Numbered from the stretch's first letter, positions 51,247 to 60,989 are shown. The stretch: DNA of 64,000 nt from Nitrospirota bacterium (GCA_049325335.1 JBMOMC010000007.1:323044-387043), one strand, 5' to 3'. Notes: generated by a model not told the origin, from the sequence alone. Numbers and translations: made by a program.

Positions 51247-53307
51247 ATGCCGTCCTGGTGGACAGTTCTCCCAGCGGTCAGCGCGGTCTGGGCCCTGGGT
51301 CTTGCCCTGGTCGTGATCGCCCGCAACCGCGCCAGTCACATGCATCAGAGTTTTGCCTTCGGCATGTTGGCGTTGTCGATCATGGAGGTGGGGCACCTCA
51401 TGGCCGGCATCCGATCCGATGACGCGGTGTTTTGGACCCGCATGGCCCTGGCCGGACAGATCCTTCAGCCCCTTCCCTGGCTGGTGTTCTCCCTCACGTT
51501 CGGCCGCCGGGACTCCGATCACCACCTGCGCAGCCGGCGCACGGTGTTGTCCGCGGTCGCCGCCGCAACCGCGCTCTTCCTCGGGATGTTGTTGTTCAAG
51601 CGGCATCTCATGGAAGATCTCAGTCTCCGACCGGTCGGCTTCTGGTTTCACGTGTTCCTCCTGCTGTCGCTGACCGCGGTATTGGTCAACCTCGAACGGA
51701 CCGTCCGCTCGGCCGATCGGTCCCTGCAGTGGCGCATGAAGTACTTCATGCTTGGGCTGTTCGCGATCATGGCGGTGGCTATTTTGGACGTGAGTCAGGT
51801 CATTCTCTACGCCGCGGCCGATCAATGGATCGCCCCCCTGTTCTCGAGCGTGATGATCATCGGATGCGGGTTGATGACCTTCGCCGTGATCCGACACCGC
51901 CTGTTCGACCTCGACATGTTCCTGTCGCGGTACATGGTCTACAACTCGATCACCCTGGTGCTCGTGGGCATCTACCTGCTCGGCGTGGGGCTCGCGGCGC
52001 AAGCCGTCAAGAGCCTGGGCGGCGACAGCAATATGTATTGGGGCGCCTTGGTGGTGGTGGTCAGCGTGATCGCGCTCGCCGTCGTGCTCCTCTCCTACGA
52101 CGTCCGCACGCGCGTCAAAGTGTTCATCAACCGCCACTTCTTCAAGTACAAATACGACTACCGCAAGGAGTGGATGGACCTGACCGAACGCCTAAGCGCC
52201 AAACCCACGGTGGAGACTATCGCGTCGGCGCTCTCCGCGATGTTGTTCGAGACGTTCTGGATCAGGGACACCCACCTGTGGTTGGCCGATGAACGGGAGC
52301 GCGACATGGTGTCGGTGGGCGCCGACCCCGGCGCGCACGCGCTCCGGTGGACGGCGTCCGCGCTCGCCGCGCTCAAGGCCCGCGATGAGCCGGTGGTGGT
52401 GGCCGATCCGTCGGAATCCCGCTTGGCCCTGCCCGACGGCGCGCCCGCCGAGGACCTGCGCGCGTTGGGCGTCCGAATCCTGGTGCCCCTGGTGGTGCAG
52501 GATCGGCTTGTCGGCCTGCTCGGCTTGGCCGCGCCTCACACCGCCTCGCCCCTGACCGAAGAAGATTTCGCCCTCCTCAAAACCATCGGGAAACAGGTCG
52601 CGGCCAGCGTGCTCAACGCGCAACTGCTCCGCCAACTGGTGGCCTCCAAGGAACTGGAGAGCTTTCACGCGTTCTCCACGTTTTTACTGCACGACCTGAA
52701 AAACTTCATTTCCATGCTGTCGTTGCTCGTGGACAACATGGAGCGCAATTTCGACAACCCCGCGTTTCGCAACGACGCGCTCCAGAACCTCTCCCAGACC
52801 GTAGACAAAATGAAACGCCTGATGGAACGGTTGGGCGCATTGGCCCAATCGCCCGCGCCGACGTTCACACCCGTTGACCTCAACCGGCTCGGCCGCGCCG
52901 TGATCGAGGAGGTCCGACCGTCGCTCAAATCCGCGGTGTTGACCGAGTGGGGCGCGGTCCCGAGCGTACGGGGCGACGCCGCGCAGATCCGGCGGGTCCT
53001 GATCAACCTGCTGCTGAACGCCGACGAAGCCCTCACCGGGCGCGGCGACATCCACGTCTCCACCCGGATGGAACACGGTATGGTGACCTGCCGCGTGGCG
53101 GACAACGGCCCCGGCATCCCCGCCGACTTTCTCCAGACTCGCTTGTTCAAACCCTTTGCCACGACCAAAAGCGGAGGGTTCGGCGTCGGCCTGTACCAGT
53201 GCAAAACCATCGTGGAAGCGCACGGCGGCCGGGTCGCGGCCGAAAGCCAAGTGGGGCAAGGGAGTATACTGTCCTTCTCGATCCCCGTGATGAAGGACGG
53301 CGAATGA
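51247..53307 (+). CDS. prsK: PEP-CTERM system histidine kinase
   Basis: Multi-TM N-terminus, YDYRKEW, GAF-like region, HDLKN H-box, GFGVGLYQC. Confidence 0.9.
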   Translation: MPSWWTVLPAVSAVWALGLALVVIARNRASHMHQSFAFGMLALSIMEVGHLMAGIRSDDAVFWTRMALAGQILQPLPWLVFSLTFGRRDSDHHLRSRRTVLSAVAAATALFLGMLLFKRHLMEDLSLRPVGFWFHVFLLLSLTAVLVNLERTVRSADRSLQWRMKYFMLGLFAIMAVAILDVSQVILYAAADQWIAPLFSSVMIIGCGLMTFAVIRHRLFDLDMFLSRYMVYNSITLVLVGIYLLGVGLAAQAVKSLGGDSNMYWGALVVVVSVIALAVVLLSYDVRTRVKVFINRHFFKYKYDYRKEWMDLTERLSAKPTVETIASALSAMLFETFWIRDTHLWLADERERDMVSVGADPGAHALRWTASALAALKARDEPVVVADPSESRLALPDGAPAEDLRALGVRILVPLVVQDRLVGLLGLAAPHTASPLTEEDFALLKTIGKQVAASVLNAQLLRQLVASKELESFHAFSTFLLHDLKNFISMLSLLVDNMERNFDNPAFRNDALQNLSQTVDKMKRLMERLGALAQSPAPTFTPVDLNRLGRAVIEEVRPSLKSAVLTEWGAVPSVRGDAAQIRRVLINLLLNADEALTGRGDIHVSTRMEHGMVTCRVADNGPGIPADFLQTRLFKPFATTKSGGFGVGLYQCKTIVEAHGGRVAAESQVGQGSILSFSIPVMKDGE

Positions 53308-54677
53308 CCAAACCCCGGCTCCTGGTGGTGGACGACGAAGAGGCCATCCGCAATCAGATGCGGTGGGCGCTGGCCGACGAGTACGACGTCCTGCTCGCCG
53401 AGGACCGGTCCTCCGCGCTGGAACAGATGAAGCAGACGCGTCCCGACGCCGTGCTCTTGGACCTCGGCCTGCCTCCGGCGCCGCGCGAGGCCACCGAGGG
53501 ACTCCAGGCGCTGGCGGAGTTGCTCGCGGCCGACCGGCAAGCCAAGATCATCGTGATCACCGGGAATCATGATCGGGCCAACGCGCTGCGGGCCGTGGAG
53601 CAGGGCGCGTTCGACTTCTTCTCCAAACCCGCCGACATCCCGGAAGTCCGGGTCGTCCTCAAACGCGCGCTGCGACTGGCCGAGTTGGAACGGGAGAACG
53701 ACGCGTTGCGGCAACGTCTCGGCGAGCGGGGCTTCGAGGACATCGTCGGAGAAAGCACGGCGATGCAGAAAGTGTTCGCGGTGATTCGGAAGGTCGCGAC
53801 CACCGATGCGTCCGTGCTCATCGTGGGAGAAAGCGGAACCGGGAAAGAACTCGTGGCCCAGGCGATTCACCGATCCGGCGATCGCCGCGACGGGTCGTTT
53901 GTGGTGATCAATTGCGGGGCGATTCCGGAAACATTGCTGGAAAGCGAGTTATTCGGCCATGAAAAAGGCTCGTTCACGCACGCGGACGCGCGGCGCAAGG
54001 GCAAGTTCGAGTACGCCGACAACGGCACGTTGTTCTTGGACGAAATCGGCGAATTGCCGCTCTCGCTGCAGGTCAAATTGCTGCGGTTCCTCCAAGACCA
54101 CCGGATCGAACGGGTGGGCGGGCGCGAACTGATTCCGCTCAACGTCCGGATCATCGCGGCCACCAACCGGGATCTCAAACGTGCGGCGGCCGAAGGCCGA
54201 TTCCGGGACGATTTGTATTTTCGTCTCGGCATCGTGACCATCACCATGCCCCCGTTGCGCGAACGCGAGCACGACGCGATGTTGTTGGCCCGCACGTTTC
54301 TGCAACGCTTCGCGGGGCAATACCATAAGGAGGTCCGCGGGTTCTCCGCCGACGCCGCGGCCGCGATCCGCGCCGGCTCATGGCCCGGAAACGTGCGCGA
54401 GCTGGAACATCGGGTGAAACGCGGCGTCATTATGGCGGACGGCGCGCTGCTCACCGCGCAGGACATCGAGATGGACCTTCCCGCCGACGCGTCGCCCACG
54501 CGTTCGCTGCGCGACGTCCGCGACGAAGCCGAACGGCGGCACGTCCAGATCGTGCTGGAGCGCTGCGGAGGCAACGTCAGCCGCGCCGCCTCGGAACTCG
54601 CGGTCAGCCGCCCGACCTTGCACGAACTGATCAAAAAATACGGGCTGCGCAAGCCGCCCGAGACTGACCCCGAGTAG
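53304..54677 (+). CDS. prsR: PEP-CTERM-box sigma54 response regulator
   Basis: LDLGLPP, GESGTGKE, ESELFGHEKGSFT, WPGNVREL, C-terminal HTH. Confidence 0.9.
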   Translation: MTKPRLLVVDDEEAIRNQMRWALADEYDVLLAEDRSSALEQMKQTRPDAVLLDLGLPPAPREATEGLQALAELLAADRQAKIIVITGNHDRANALRAVEQGAFDFFSKPADIPEVRVVLKRALRLAELERENDALRQRLGERGFEDIVGESTAMQKVFAVIRKVATTDASVLIVGESGTGKELVAQAIHRSGDRRDGSFVVINCGAIPETLLESELFGHEKGSFTHADARRKGKFEYADNGTLFLDEIGELPLSLQVKLLRFLQDHRIERVGGRELIPLNVRIIAATNRDLKRAAAEGRFRDDLYFRLGIVTITMPPLREREHDAMLLARTFLQRFAGQYHKEVRGFSADAAAAIRAGSWPGNVRELEHRVKRGVIMADGALLTAQDIEMDLPADASPTRSLRDVRDEAERRHVQIVLERCGGNVSRAASELAVSRPTLHELIKKYGLRKPPETDPE

Positions 54678-54797
54678 GCTTCCGAGAGTCGCACCTAGCA
54701 CCGTCCGTGCGCGAACAGAGGTGTGATCCCCGCATGCGAATGCGGTCTCGCCCACCCAGAGTGCCTGACGTCGGAGCGGTTCCGGAGCGCGCGGAGT

Positions 54798-55991
54798 TTA
54801 GAGCGTGATCCGCGCGATCCGGCGCTTGCCGACTCGGATGCGATAGGTTCGGCCGCGCGCAAGGCGCATGGCGGGATCAGTCACAGGCGCTTCGTCCACG
54901 TCCACCGCGTTTTGTGGGATCAGGCGGCGCACTTCGCCCTTGCTGGCGACCAATCCGGCCTGATGGATCACATCGACCAACGCCACGTCGGGCCGATCCG
55001 CGTCACCCATCCCGCGCAGATCGACCTCCTCGGCTTCGGCAAACTCGCGTTTACGAACCCGGCGCTCAAAAAAATCGCGCGCGCGCCCCGCGGCCTCCGC
55101 GCCGTGAAAGCGCTCCACGATCCTGGCGGCCAGCCGCAGCTTGGCCTCCATGGGATGCGCGTTGCGGATTGCGTCCAGCGGCTCGGTGGTGAGCAGCTCG
55201 TAGTAGCGCAACATGGTGCGATCGTCGATCGACATGGCCTTGCCGAAGATCTCCTCAGGCGCTTCCTCAATCCCGATGTAGTTCCCGAGGCTCTTGCTCA
55301 TTTTGCGCACGCCGTCGGTGCCTTCCAGCAACGGCAATGTGATCACGACTTGTGATTCCTGCCCGTACCGGCGCTGCAACGTGCGCCCCATGAGCAAATT
55401 GAACTTTTGATCCGACCCGCCCAACTCCACGTCCGCCTTGAGCGCCACCGAATCGTACCCTTGCAGCAACGGGTAGTAGAACTCCAACACCGTGATGTCC
55501 TTGCCCTCGGCAAAGCGTTTTTTGAAATCATCCCGCTCCAGCACCCGGGCCACGGTCTGTTTGGCGCCCAACTCCGCGAACTCCAACGTGGACATGGAGC
55601 CGAGCCACTCGCTGTTGAATCGAATCTCGGTCTTGCGCGGGTCCAGGATCTTGAAGACCTGCCGCTCGTACGTCTTCGCGTTTTCGCGGACCTGCTCGCG
55701 AGTGAGCGGCTTGCGGGTTTCCGACACGCCGCTGGGGTCGCCGATCATGCCGGTAAAATCCCCAATCAAGAAGATGACCTGGTGCCCCAACTCTTGGAAC
55801 ACGCGCAGCTTTTCGACCAACACGGTGTGACCGAGGTGCAGGTCCGGCGCGGTGGGGTCGAACCCGGCTTTCACGCGCAACGCCAGGCCGGACGCGGCCG
55901 ACGCGCGTAACTTCTCCTCCAATTCGTTGGGCTGGATGACTTCCACCGTGCCCCGCGTGATCAGTTCCAGCGCCCGCGCGACGTCCGCCAT
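54798..55991 (-). CDS. tyrS: Tyrosyl-tRNA synthetase
   Basis: [19 protein letters not shown]4-like tail. Confidence 0.98.
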   Translation of the reverse strand: MADVARALELITRGTVEVIQPNELEEKLRASAASGLALRVKAGFDPTAPDLHLGHTVLVEKLRVFQELGHQVIFLIGDFTGMIGDPSGVSETRKPLTREQVRENAKTYERQVFKILDPRKTEIRFNSEWLGSMSTLEFAELGAKQTVARVLERDDFKKRFAEGKDITVLEFYYPLLQGYDSVALKADVELGGSDQKFNLLMGRTLQRRYGQESQVVITLPLLEGTDGVRKMSKSLGNYIGIEEAPEEIFGKAMSIDDRTMLRYYELLTTEPLDAIRNAHPMEAKLRLAARIVERFHGAEAAGRARDFFERRVRKREFAEAEEVDLRGMGDADRPDVALVDVIHQAGLVASKGEVRRLIPQNAVDVDEAPVTDPAMRLARGRTYRIRVGKRRIARITL

Positions 55992-55995
55992 CGAC

Positions 55996-57390
55996 TCACC
56001 CTTTCTTGACCGCGTGAACGGCGTCGCCCCGCACCGCGGCCGCGGCCTCGCGCACCACTTCGGCCAAGGTCGGATGCACGTGGATCGCGCGCGCCACGTC
56101 ATCCGCGCTCGCTCCGGCCCGCAGCGCAACCACGGCTTCGTGAATCAACTCCGCCGCGTGGGGTCCGATGATGTGCACGCCCAACACCTCGCCGGTGTCC
56201 TCGGTCGCGACCACCTTCACGAACCCCGCGATCTCGCCCAGCATGTGCGCCTTGGCCAGCCCGCGAAAGGGAAACTCCCCGACCGAAATCGCGCGTCCGC
56301 TCGCGCGCGCCTGCGTCTCGGTCAAGCCCACGCTGCCGATTTCGGGCGCGGTAAAAATCCCGGCCGGGATGCGCTCCCAATCCATGCGCGCCGAACGCCC
56401 CATGACGCGTTCGGCCGCCACCTCGCCCTGGGCCGAGGCCGCGTGCGCGAGTTGTTTGCGCCCGATCACGTCGCCGACCGCCCACACCCCGTCCACTCCG
56501 GTCTCCAACTCATCGTTGACCACAACCTCGCCGCGCGCGCCCACGCGGAGCCCCACGGCGTCGGCGCCGATGCCCGCGCTGTTGAGCGACCGGCCCACCG
56601 CTACCAGCACGCGCTCCGCGTTCACCGACTCGCCCGAAGACACGTCCACGCGCACGCCGCGCTCGGATGCCTCGACCCGCGTGACTCCGGTTCCCAGCCG
56701 CACGGTGATGCCCTGCTTCTTCATCTCCCGCAGCAACAGGGCGGAGACGGCTTCGTCCTCCGAGGCCACCACGCGGGGAAATTGTTCGATCACGGTAACT
56801 TGCGCACCCAATGCGCGGAAGATGCACGCGAACTCGCAGCCGGTGACCCCGCCGCCGACGATGACCAGGCTCTCCGGGAGGCACGCGAGGTCGAGCGCGT
56901 CGTCGGTGGTCAGGACCCGGTCCCCGTCAAAGGGAAACAGGGCGGGCCGCGCGGGCTCCGAACCCGTGGCCACGATCACCGCGTCGCTCTCGATAACGCG
57001 CGACGCCCCCTCCGCGTCGCGCACGACCGCGGACCGCGGCCCGGTCAACGCGCCCACGCCGCGGACCAGCACGACCTTCGCGGATTTACACAGATGTTCG
57101 ATGCCCTGCGTTTGCGCCTGAACCAGCCGCTGCTTGCGCGCCACCACGGCGGCCAGATCCACCCCGACCCGGTCCGAGACCTGCACGCCGAATTCGTTGG
57201 CGCGGCGCACTGTCCTGAGCACGTCAGCCGTGGCCACGAGCGCTTTGGTCGGGATACACCCACGGTGCAAACACGTGCCGCCGAGACCGCGCGATTCGAT
57301 CACGGTGACCCGCGCGCCGAGATGCGCGGCCCGGAGCGCGGCCACATACCCTCCGGGGCCACCACCCAGCACGAGCAATCGTTGTGACAT
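55996..57390 (-). CDS. lpdA: Dihydrolipoyl dehydrogenase
   Basis: [26 protein letters not shown]. Confidence 0.96.
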   Translation of the reverse strand: MSQRLLVLGGGPGGYVAALRAAHLGARVTVIESRGLGGTCLHRGCIPTKALVATADVLRTVRRANEFGVQVSDRVGVDLAAVVARKQRLVQAQTQGIEHLCKSAKVVLVRGVGALTGPRSAVVRDAEGASRVIESDAVIVATGSEPARPALFPFDGDRVLTTDDALDLACLPESLVIVGGGVTGCEFACIFRALGAQVTVIEQFPRVVASEDEAVSALLLREMKKQGITVRLGTGVTRVEASERGVRVDVSSGESVNAERVLVAVGRSLNSAGIGADAVGLRVGARGEVVVNDELETGVDGVWAVGDVIGRKQLAHAASAQGEVAAERVMGRSARMDWERIPAGIFTAPEIGSVGLTETQARASGRAISVGEFPFRGLAKAHMLGEIAGFVKVVATEDTGEVLGVHIIGPHAAELIHEAVVALRAGASADDVARAIHVHPTLAEVVREAAAAVRGDAVHAVKKG

Positions 57391-57466
57391 GGAAAATCAG
57401 ACAGCGGAGACGACGCGCGGCGGGCGCGACCCGACAGACCCGATCGGACGGGGACGGAGAGGACGC

Positions 57467-57865
57467 TTACTCCTCCTCTTCCTCTTCGCCCTCCTCAATG
57501 AACTCCTCGTACTCCTTGGCGCTCATGAGCGCGTCCAAATCATCGGCGCTGCCGACGGTCATGACCGCGATCCAGCCTTTGCCGTACGGGTCCTCGTTGA
57601 TCAGTTGCGGCGATTCCTTGAGCTCGTCGTTGACCTCGATGAGCTTCCCGCTGATGGGCGCGAGCACGGGCGAGGTGGTTTTGGTGGACTCGATCTCGGT
57701 AATTTCCTCCTCGGCCGCGACCTCGGCGCCGGCTTCCGGCAGCTCGATGTAGACGATGTCGCCCAATTCGCCCTGCGCATAATCGGTAATACCGATCACG
57801 GCGTGTTTCCCCTCGACCCGGACCCACTCGTGATCGGTCGAATACCGTAAGTCATCGGGAACCAT
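57467..57865 (-). CDS. gcvH: Glycine cleavage H / lipoyl carrier protein
   Basis: HEWVR, GITDYAQ, ESTK lipoyl lysine, NEDPYGKGW. Confidence 0.95.
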   Translation of the reverse strand: MVPDDLRYSTDHEWVRVEGKHAVIGITDYAQGELGDIVYIELPEAGAEVAAEEEITEIESTKTTSPVLAPISGKLIEVNDELKESPQLINEDPYGKGWIAVMTVGSADDLDALMSAKEYEEFIEEGEEEEEE

Positions 57866-58004
57866 AGATCCTCCTCGTGTTTCCTCGCCAAAAGAGGCCC
57901 GATACTACCCGACGCGCTTTTTCCTTGTCAACGCTCCACGCGCGCGGCGAAACGATGGGGGACACGCACAAAGTTCGCCCGCGTCAAAGCACCCGTTGGA
58001 TTGC

Positions 58005-58109
58005 TGGAGCCGGCGGTCGGGATTGACCCTGCACCGCGCCTGTGGCGTGGAATGTCCATGGGCACTTCCACCCAGCTGGCGCAGCAACCGACGACCTGCT
58101 GATTACGAA
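58005..58109 (-). pseudogene. Displaced 3' part of tRNA-Thr (att repeat), interrupted in the T-loop by 60 bp
   Basis: 58005-58026 plus 58087-58109 are together identical to 60893-60937. Confidence 0.9.
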
Positions 58110-58594
58110 CTGCAGCCGATCATCAATGAAGTCAAAAAGTTGAGGAGAATCAATGGGCACATTGCGGCAAACCGCGGCATTCCGGTCGAAAACACGCAGC
58201 TATCCGCAACCGGGGCGCGGGCCGCCGGAGCCTGACGGTTACTATACCCATTCTGGATGGCCCTCTATGACGGTTCTCGATCAACGATCATGATCATGCT
58301 GTGCTACGGCGTTCATAACGCAGAACTCGCACAGCGAGGAATTCATTCTCCGCCGAACAGCGGTCCATTTTGGCGTTACCGACAATTTCGGTAGCCCGAC
58401 ACCGCTCCCACTGGTCGCCCCCATTCCCGTCTAATACCTACCGAGGGGATTGCCTGACTGTATACAGTGGGGGCGGGCCGCTTTCCCCACTTGGGGGGCG
58501 CAGCTGCAGACTTCGGCTCGGCAGTTTCAATGCGGAGGCGGTTCGCGTCGCCTGTCGTCACAGTAGGCCTGGAACTTGTCAGCAACAATTTGAC

Positions 58595-58623
58595 TTGACA
58601 CCTGTACCGTGATAGGTTACAAA
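58595..58623 (+). promoter_or_regulatory. higBA promoter with inverted-repeat operator
   Basis: TTGACA-17-TACAAA overlapped by TGTAcC..GtTACA. Confidence 0.65.
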
Positions 58624-58632
58624 TCAATCCCG

Positions 58633-58911
58633 ATGATCCGGACGTTCCGGCACAAAGGGCTTGCCAAGTTCTTCGAAAGCGGCCGCAAAGCGGGAATTCT
58701 CCCGGATCATGCGGGCAAGCTGCGTCGGATCTTAACCGCCCTTGATCGGGCCACCGCACCAAGCGACATGGGGCTCCCAGGCTTTGGGCTCCATCCCCTG
58801 ACCGGCCGACTCGACGGTTTCTGGGCGGTAACGGTGAGCGGAAACTGGCGCGTCGTGTTTCGGATGGAGGGGCGTGACGCCTACGACGTGAACTATCTGG
58901 ATTATCACTGA
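58633..58911 (+). CDS. higB: HigB/RelE-family toxin (plasmid maintenance killer type)
   Basis: MIRTFRHKGL, LHPLTG, WAVTVSGNWRVVF, YLDYH. Confidence 0.93.
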   Translation: MIRTFRHKGLAKFFESGRKAGILPDHAGKLRRILTALDRATAPSDMGLPGFGLHPLTGRLDGFWAVTVSGNWRVVFRMEGRDAYDVNYLDYH

Positions 58912-59240
58912 TGAAGGAGGACGAGATGAACAAGCTGGTAATCGAACGGGCCGGCCCCATGCACAACCCGCCACACCCCGGGGAGATCCTGCGAGAAGAG
59001 GTCCTGGCCCCGCTAGGACTCTCGGTCACCGCGGCAGCCGAGCGCCTTGGTGTCACCCGCAAGACGCTCTCTGAATTGCTCAACGGTCGGAGCGGCGTGA
59101 GTCCTGAAATGGCATTACGGATCAGCCAAGCGACAGGGACGACGGCTGAGAGTTGGCTCGGCATGCAGACCGCTTATGATCTGTGGCAGGTCCGCAGAGC
59201 GGCGAAGCGACTCAAGGTCAAGAAGTTGGTCGCCGCTTAA
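58911..59240 (+). CDS. higA: HigA antitoxin (HTH)
   Basis: MHNPPHPGEIL, SPEMALR, WLGMQTAYDL. Confidence 0.94.
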   Translation: MKEDEMNKLVIERAGPMHNPPHPGEILREEVLAPLGLSVTAAAERLGVTRKTLSELLNGRSGVSPEMALRISQATGTTAESWLGMQTAYDLWQVRRAAKRLKVKKLVAA

Positions 59241-59347
59241 CGCAGTGGCCGTCCATACGCTTGTGGGTTCCCAATATCCATCGCGCGGTGGAGCCCCCCC
59301 TGTCGCCGGCGAATTGGTCATCACGCCGCAATCAGAGTATGGAAGAG

Positions 59348-60533
59348 CTGGGGGTCCAGAATATCCGTAGCGCGTGTGGAGCCAGCCGTTTGCGGGCACG
59401 GTGATCATGCCGCCAGCCGCTTATAGTGATGGTGTAGACCGCCCACGTCGGCCGTTTCGATCACGCGCCCACTCGCTGGGGGCGGCACACGTCGCGGGAT
59501 TGGCGTATCCATGGCCAGCGCGCGGTGCGTGCGCCAGTCGTGATAATAACGGAAGTAGCGGGTCAGAACGCGCTGGAGATGGCGTTCGCTGAGGACGATG
59601 ACATGGTCCAGGCACTCGCGGCGCACGCTCCCGATCGGACGCTCCACGAACCGATTCTGCCACGGGCTGCGCGGTGCGGTCAGGATCTCCTCGATGCCCA
59701 GGCTCGCGACCCGCCTGCGAAACACAGCCCCGTAGACCATATCCCGGTCTCTTCGCAGATACTTCGGCGCCGTGTCCCACGGGAACGCCTCGACGATCTG
59801 TTGCGCACTCCACTGGGCGGTCGGGTGCTCGGTCACGTTGAAATGGACCACACGGCGCCGATCATGGGCGAGGACCAGTAGCACGAACAACACCGTGTTC
59901 CGGATCGTTGATACCGTGAAGAAATCGATGGCCACCAGATCCTTCACATGGTTCGCCCAGAACGCCCGCCATGTCGGAGACGCTGGCTTTCTCGACCGCA
60001 CACGATATTTCTCGACCGTCGATTTCGCGACCTCGATGCCGAGTTTACCAAGCTCCCCGACGATTCGCGGCGAACCCCACATCGGATTCACCTCGGACAT
60101 CCGTCGGATCAAGGCGCGGACCTCGTTCGCGATCATCGGACGCCCAGGCGTTCGATGCCGGCTGAGCCTCGTCCAATGCTCCCGGAACCGCCTTTTCTGC
60201 CAGGCGACGATCGTCTCGGGGTGGACGAAGAACAGGGCGTCTCGCCAACGCGACCACACGCGAGCCAGGCAGGACCAGAGCAGGCGATCTCCGGCTTCCG
60301 TCCGGAGCCGCTTGGCCGTCCGTTGGCAAACGGTGAGTTGGTGGCGGAGCGCGATGATCTCGACCTGCATCGACACCCGGGAGCGAAGCAACGTGACGAC
60401 AAACGCGAACAGCGCAGCGACAATGGGCTTCATGTTTCCCGACGCGATCCTCCCTGGTGGCTTCTGGCCAGGGTGACCGCCATCGAGAAAAAAAATCAAG
60501 AATTCTGAGGACTACGAATTCTCGGACAGACAG
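59348..60533. mobile_element. IS-like element with rve/DDE transposase (ends approximate)
   Basis: Imperfect inverted ends CTGGGGGTCCAGAATATC / GAATTCTCGGACAGACAG; no clear target duplication. Confidence 0.6.
59405..60433 (-). CDS. Integrase-core (rve) DDE transposase
   Basis: NPMWGSPRIVGEL HTH region, AIDFFTV, RDRD, ERPIGSVRRECLDH, GGLHHHY. Confidence 0.9.
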   Translation of the reverse strand: MKPIVAALFAFVVTLLRSRVSMQVEIIALRHQLTVCQRTAKRLRTEAGDRLLWSCLARVWSRWRDALFFVHPETIVAWQKRRFREHWTRLSRHRTPGRPMIANEVRALIRRMSEVNPMWGSPRIVGELGKLGIEVAKSTVEKYRVRSRKPASPTWRAFWANHVKDLVAIDFFTVSTIRNTVLFVLLVLAHDRRRVVHFNVTEHPTAQWSAQQIVEAFPWDTAPKYLRRDRDMVYGAVFRRRVASLGIEEILTAPRSPWQNRFVERPIGSVRRECLDHVIVLSERHLQRVLTRYFRYYHDWRTHRALAMDTPIPRRVPPPASGRVIETADVGGLHHHYKRLAA

Positions 60534-60892
60534 GAGCGACCGTTTTGAGCAAGGATGGAATACCATTGAGGATATCTCGCCAGAGACGTTCGCAGAATTC
60601 GGAGTCTGGCACCTGCCAACGCGTGCAAAGCGATTCCCGAGGAGCTATTCCCGGTGACAAGGCAAGTGTGCGCGACCCGAGCCGCCGGTGGTCCTAAACC
60701 TAACAGGGACGGCTCGCCGAGCGACTTCTCGATAGGATTGGCCCCCTTTTGCGAGGGATGGAAGCCGTTTGCCGCCGTAAAAGGCAGGAAGTGCCCAAGA
60801 AAAACGAGAGGAAAATCCGCAACTATCCGCAACCGCCTGATGACCACTTATCAGCAGGTCACCCTCTCTTCCATCTAAGACATTGATGTTAT

Positions 60893-60967
60893 TGGAGCCG
60901 GCGGTCGGGATTGAACCGACGACCTGCTGATTACGAATCAGCTGCTCTACCACTGAGCTACGCCGGC
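60893..60967 (-). tRNA. tRNA-Thr(CGT)
   Basis: GCCGGCG acceptor stem, D-arm TAGCTCAGTGGTAGAGC, anticodon loop TTCGTAA, GGTTCAATC T-loop, encoded CCA. Confidence 0.98.
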
Positions 60968-60989
60968 GCGGCGAATGCGGGAAGAACGA

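Larger units (their letters stand above)
58005..60937. mobile_element. Relic genomic island integrated at tRNA-Thr(CGT)
   Basis: Bounded by the 45-bp tRNA direct repeat; carries higBA and an IS; no tyrosine integrase gene visible. Confidence 0.8.

Noticed and set aside
58005..58109. Functional intron-containing tRNA
   Set aside because: The 5' half (acceptor 5' strand and D-arm) is absent beyond 58109, so it is an att remnant.
58312..58382. attC-like TAAC...GTTA segment, and GCTTAAC at the higA stop
   Set aside because: Inner L boxes are not complementary and there is no integron integrase; insufficient support.
60537..60890. Possible integrase remnant next to the tRNA
   Set aside because: No tyrosine or serine recombinase motifs recognisable in the translated frames provided.
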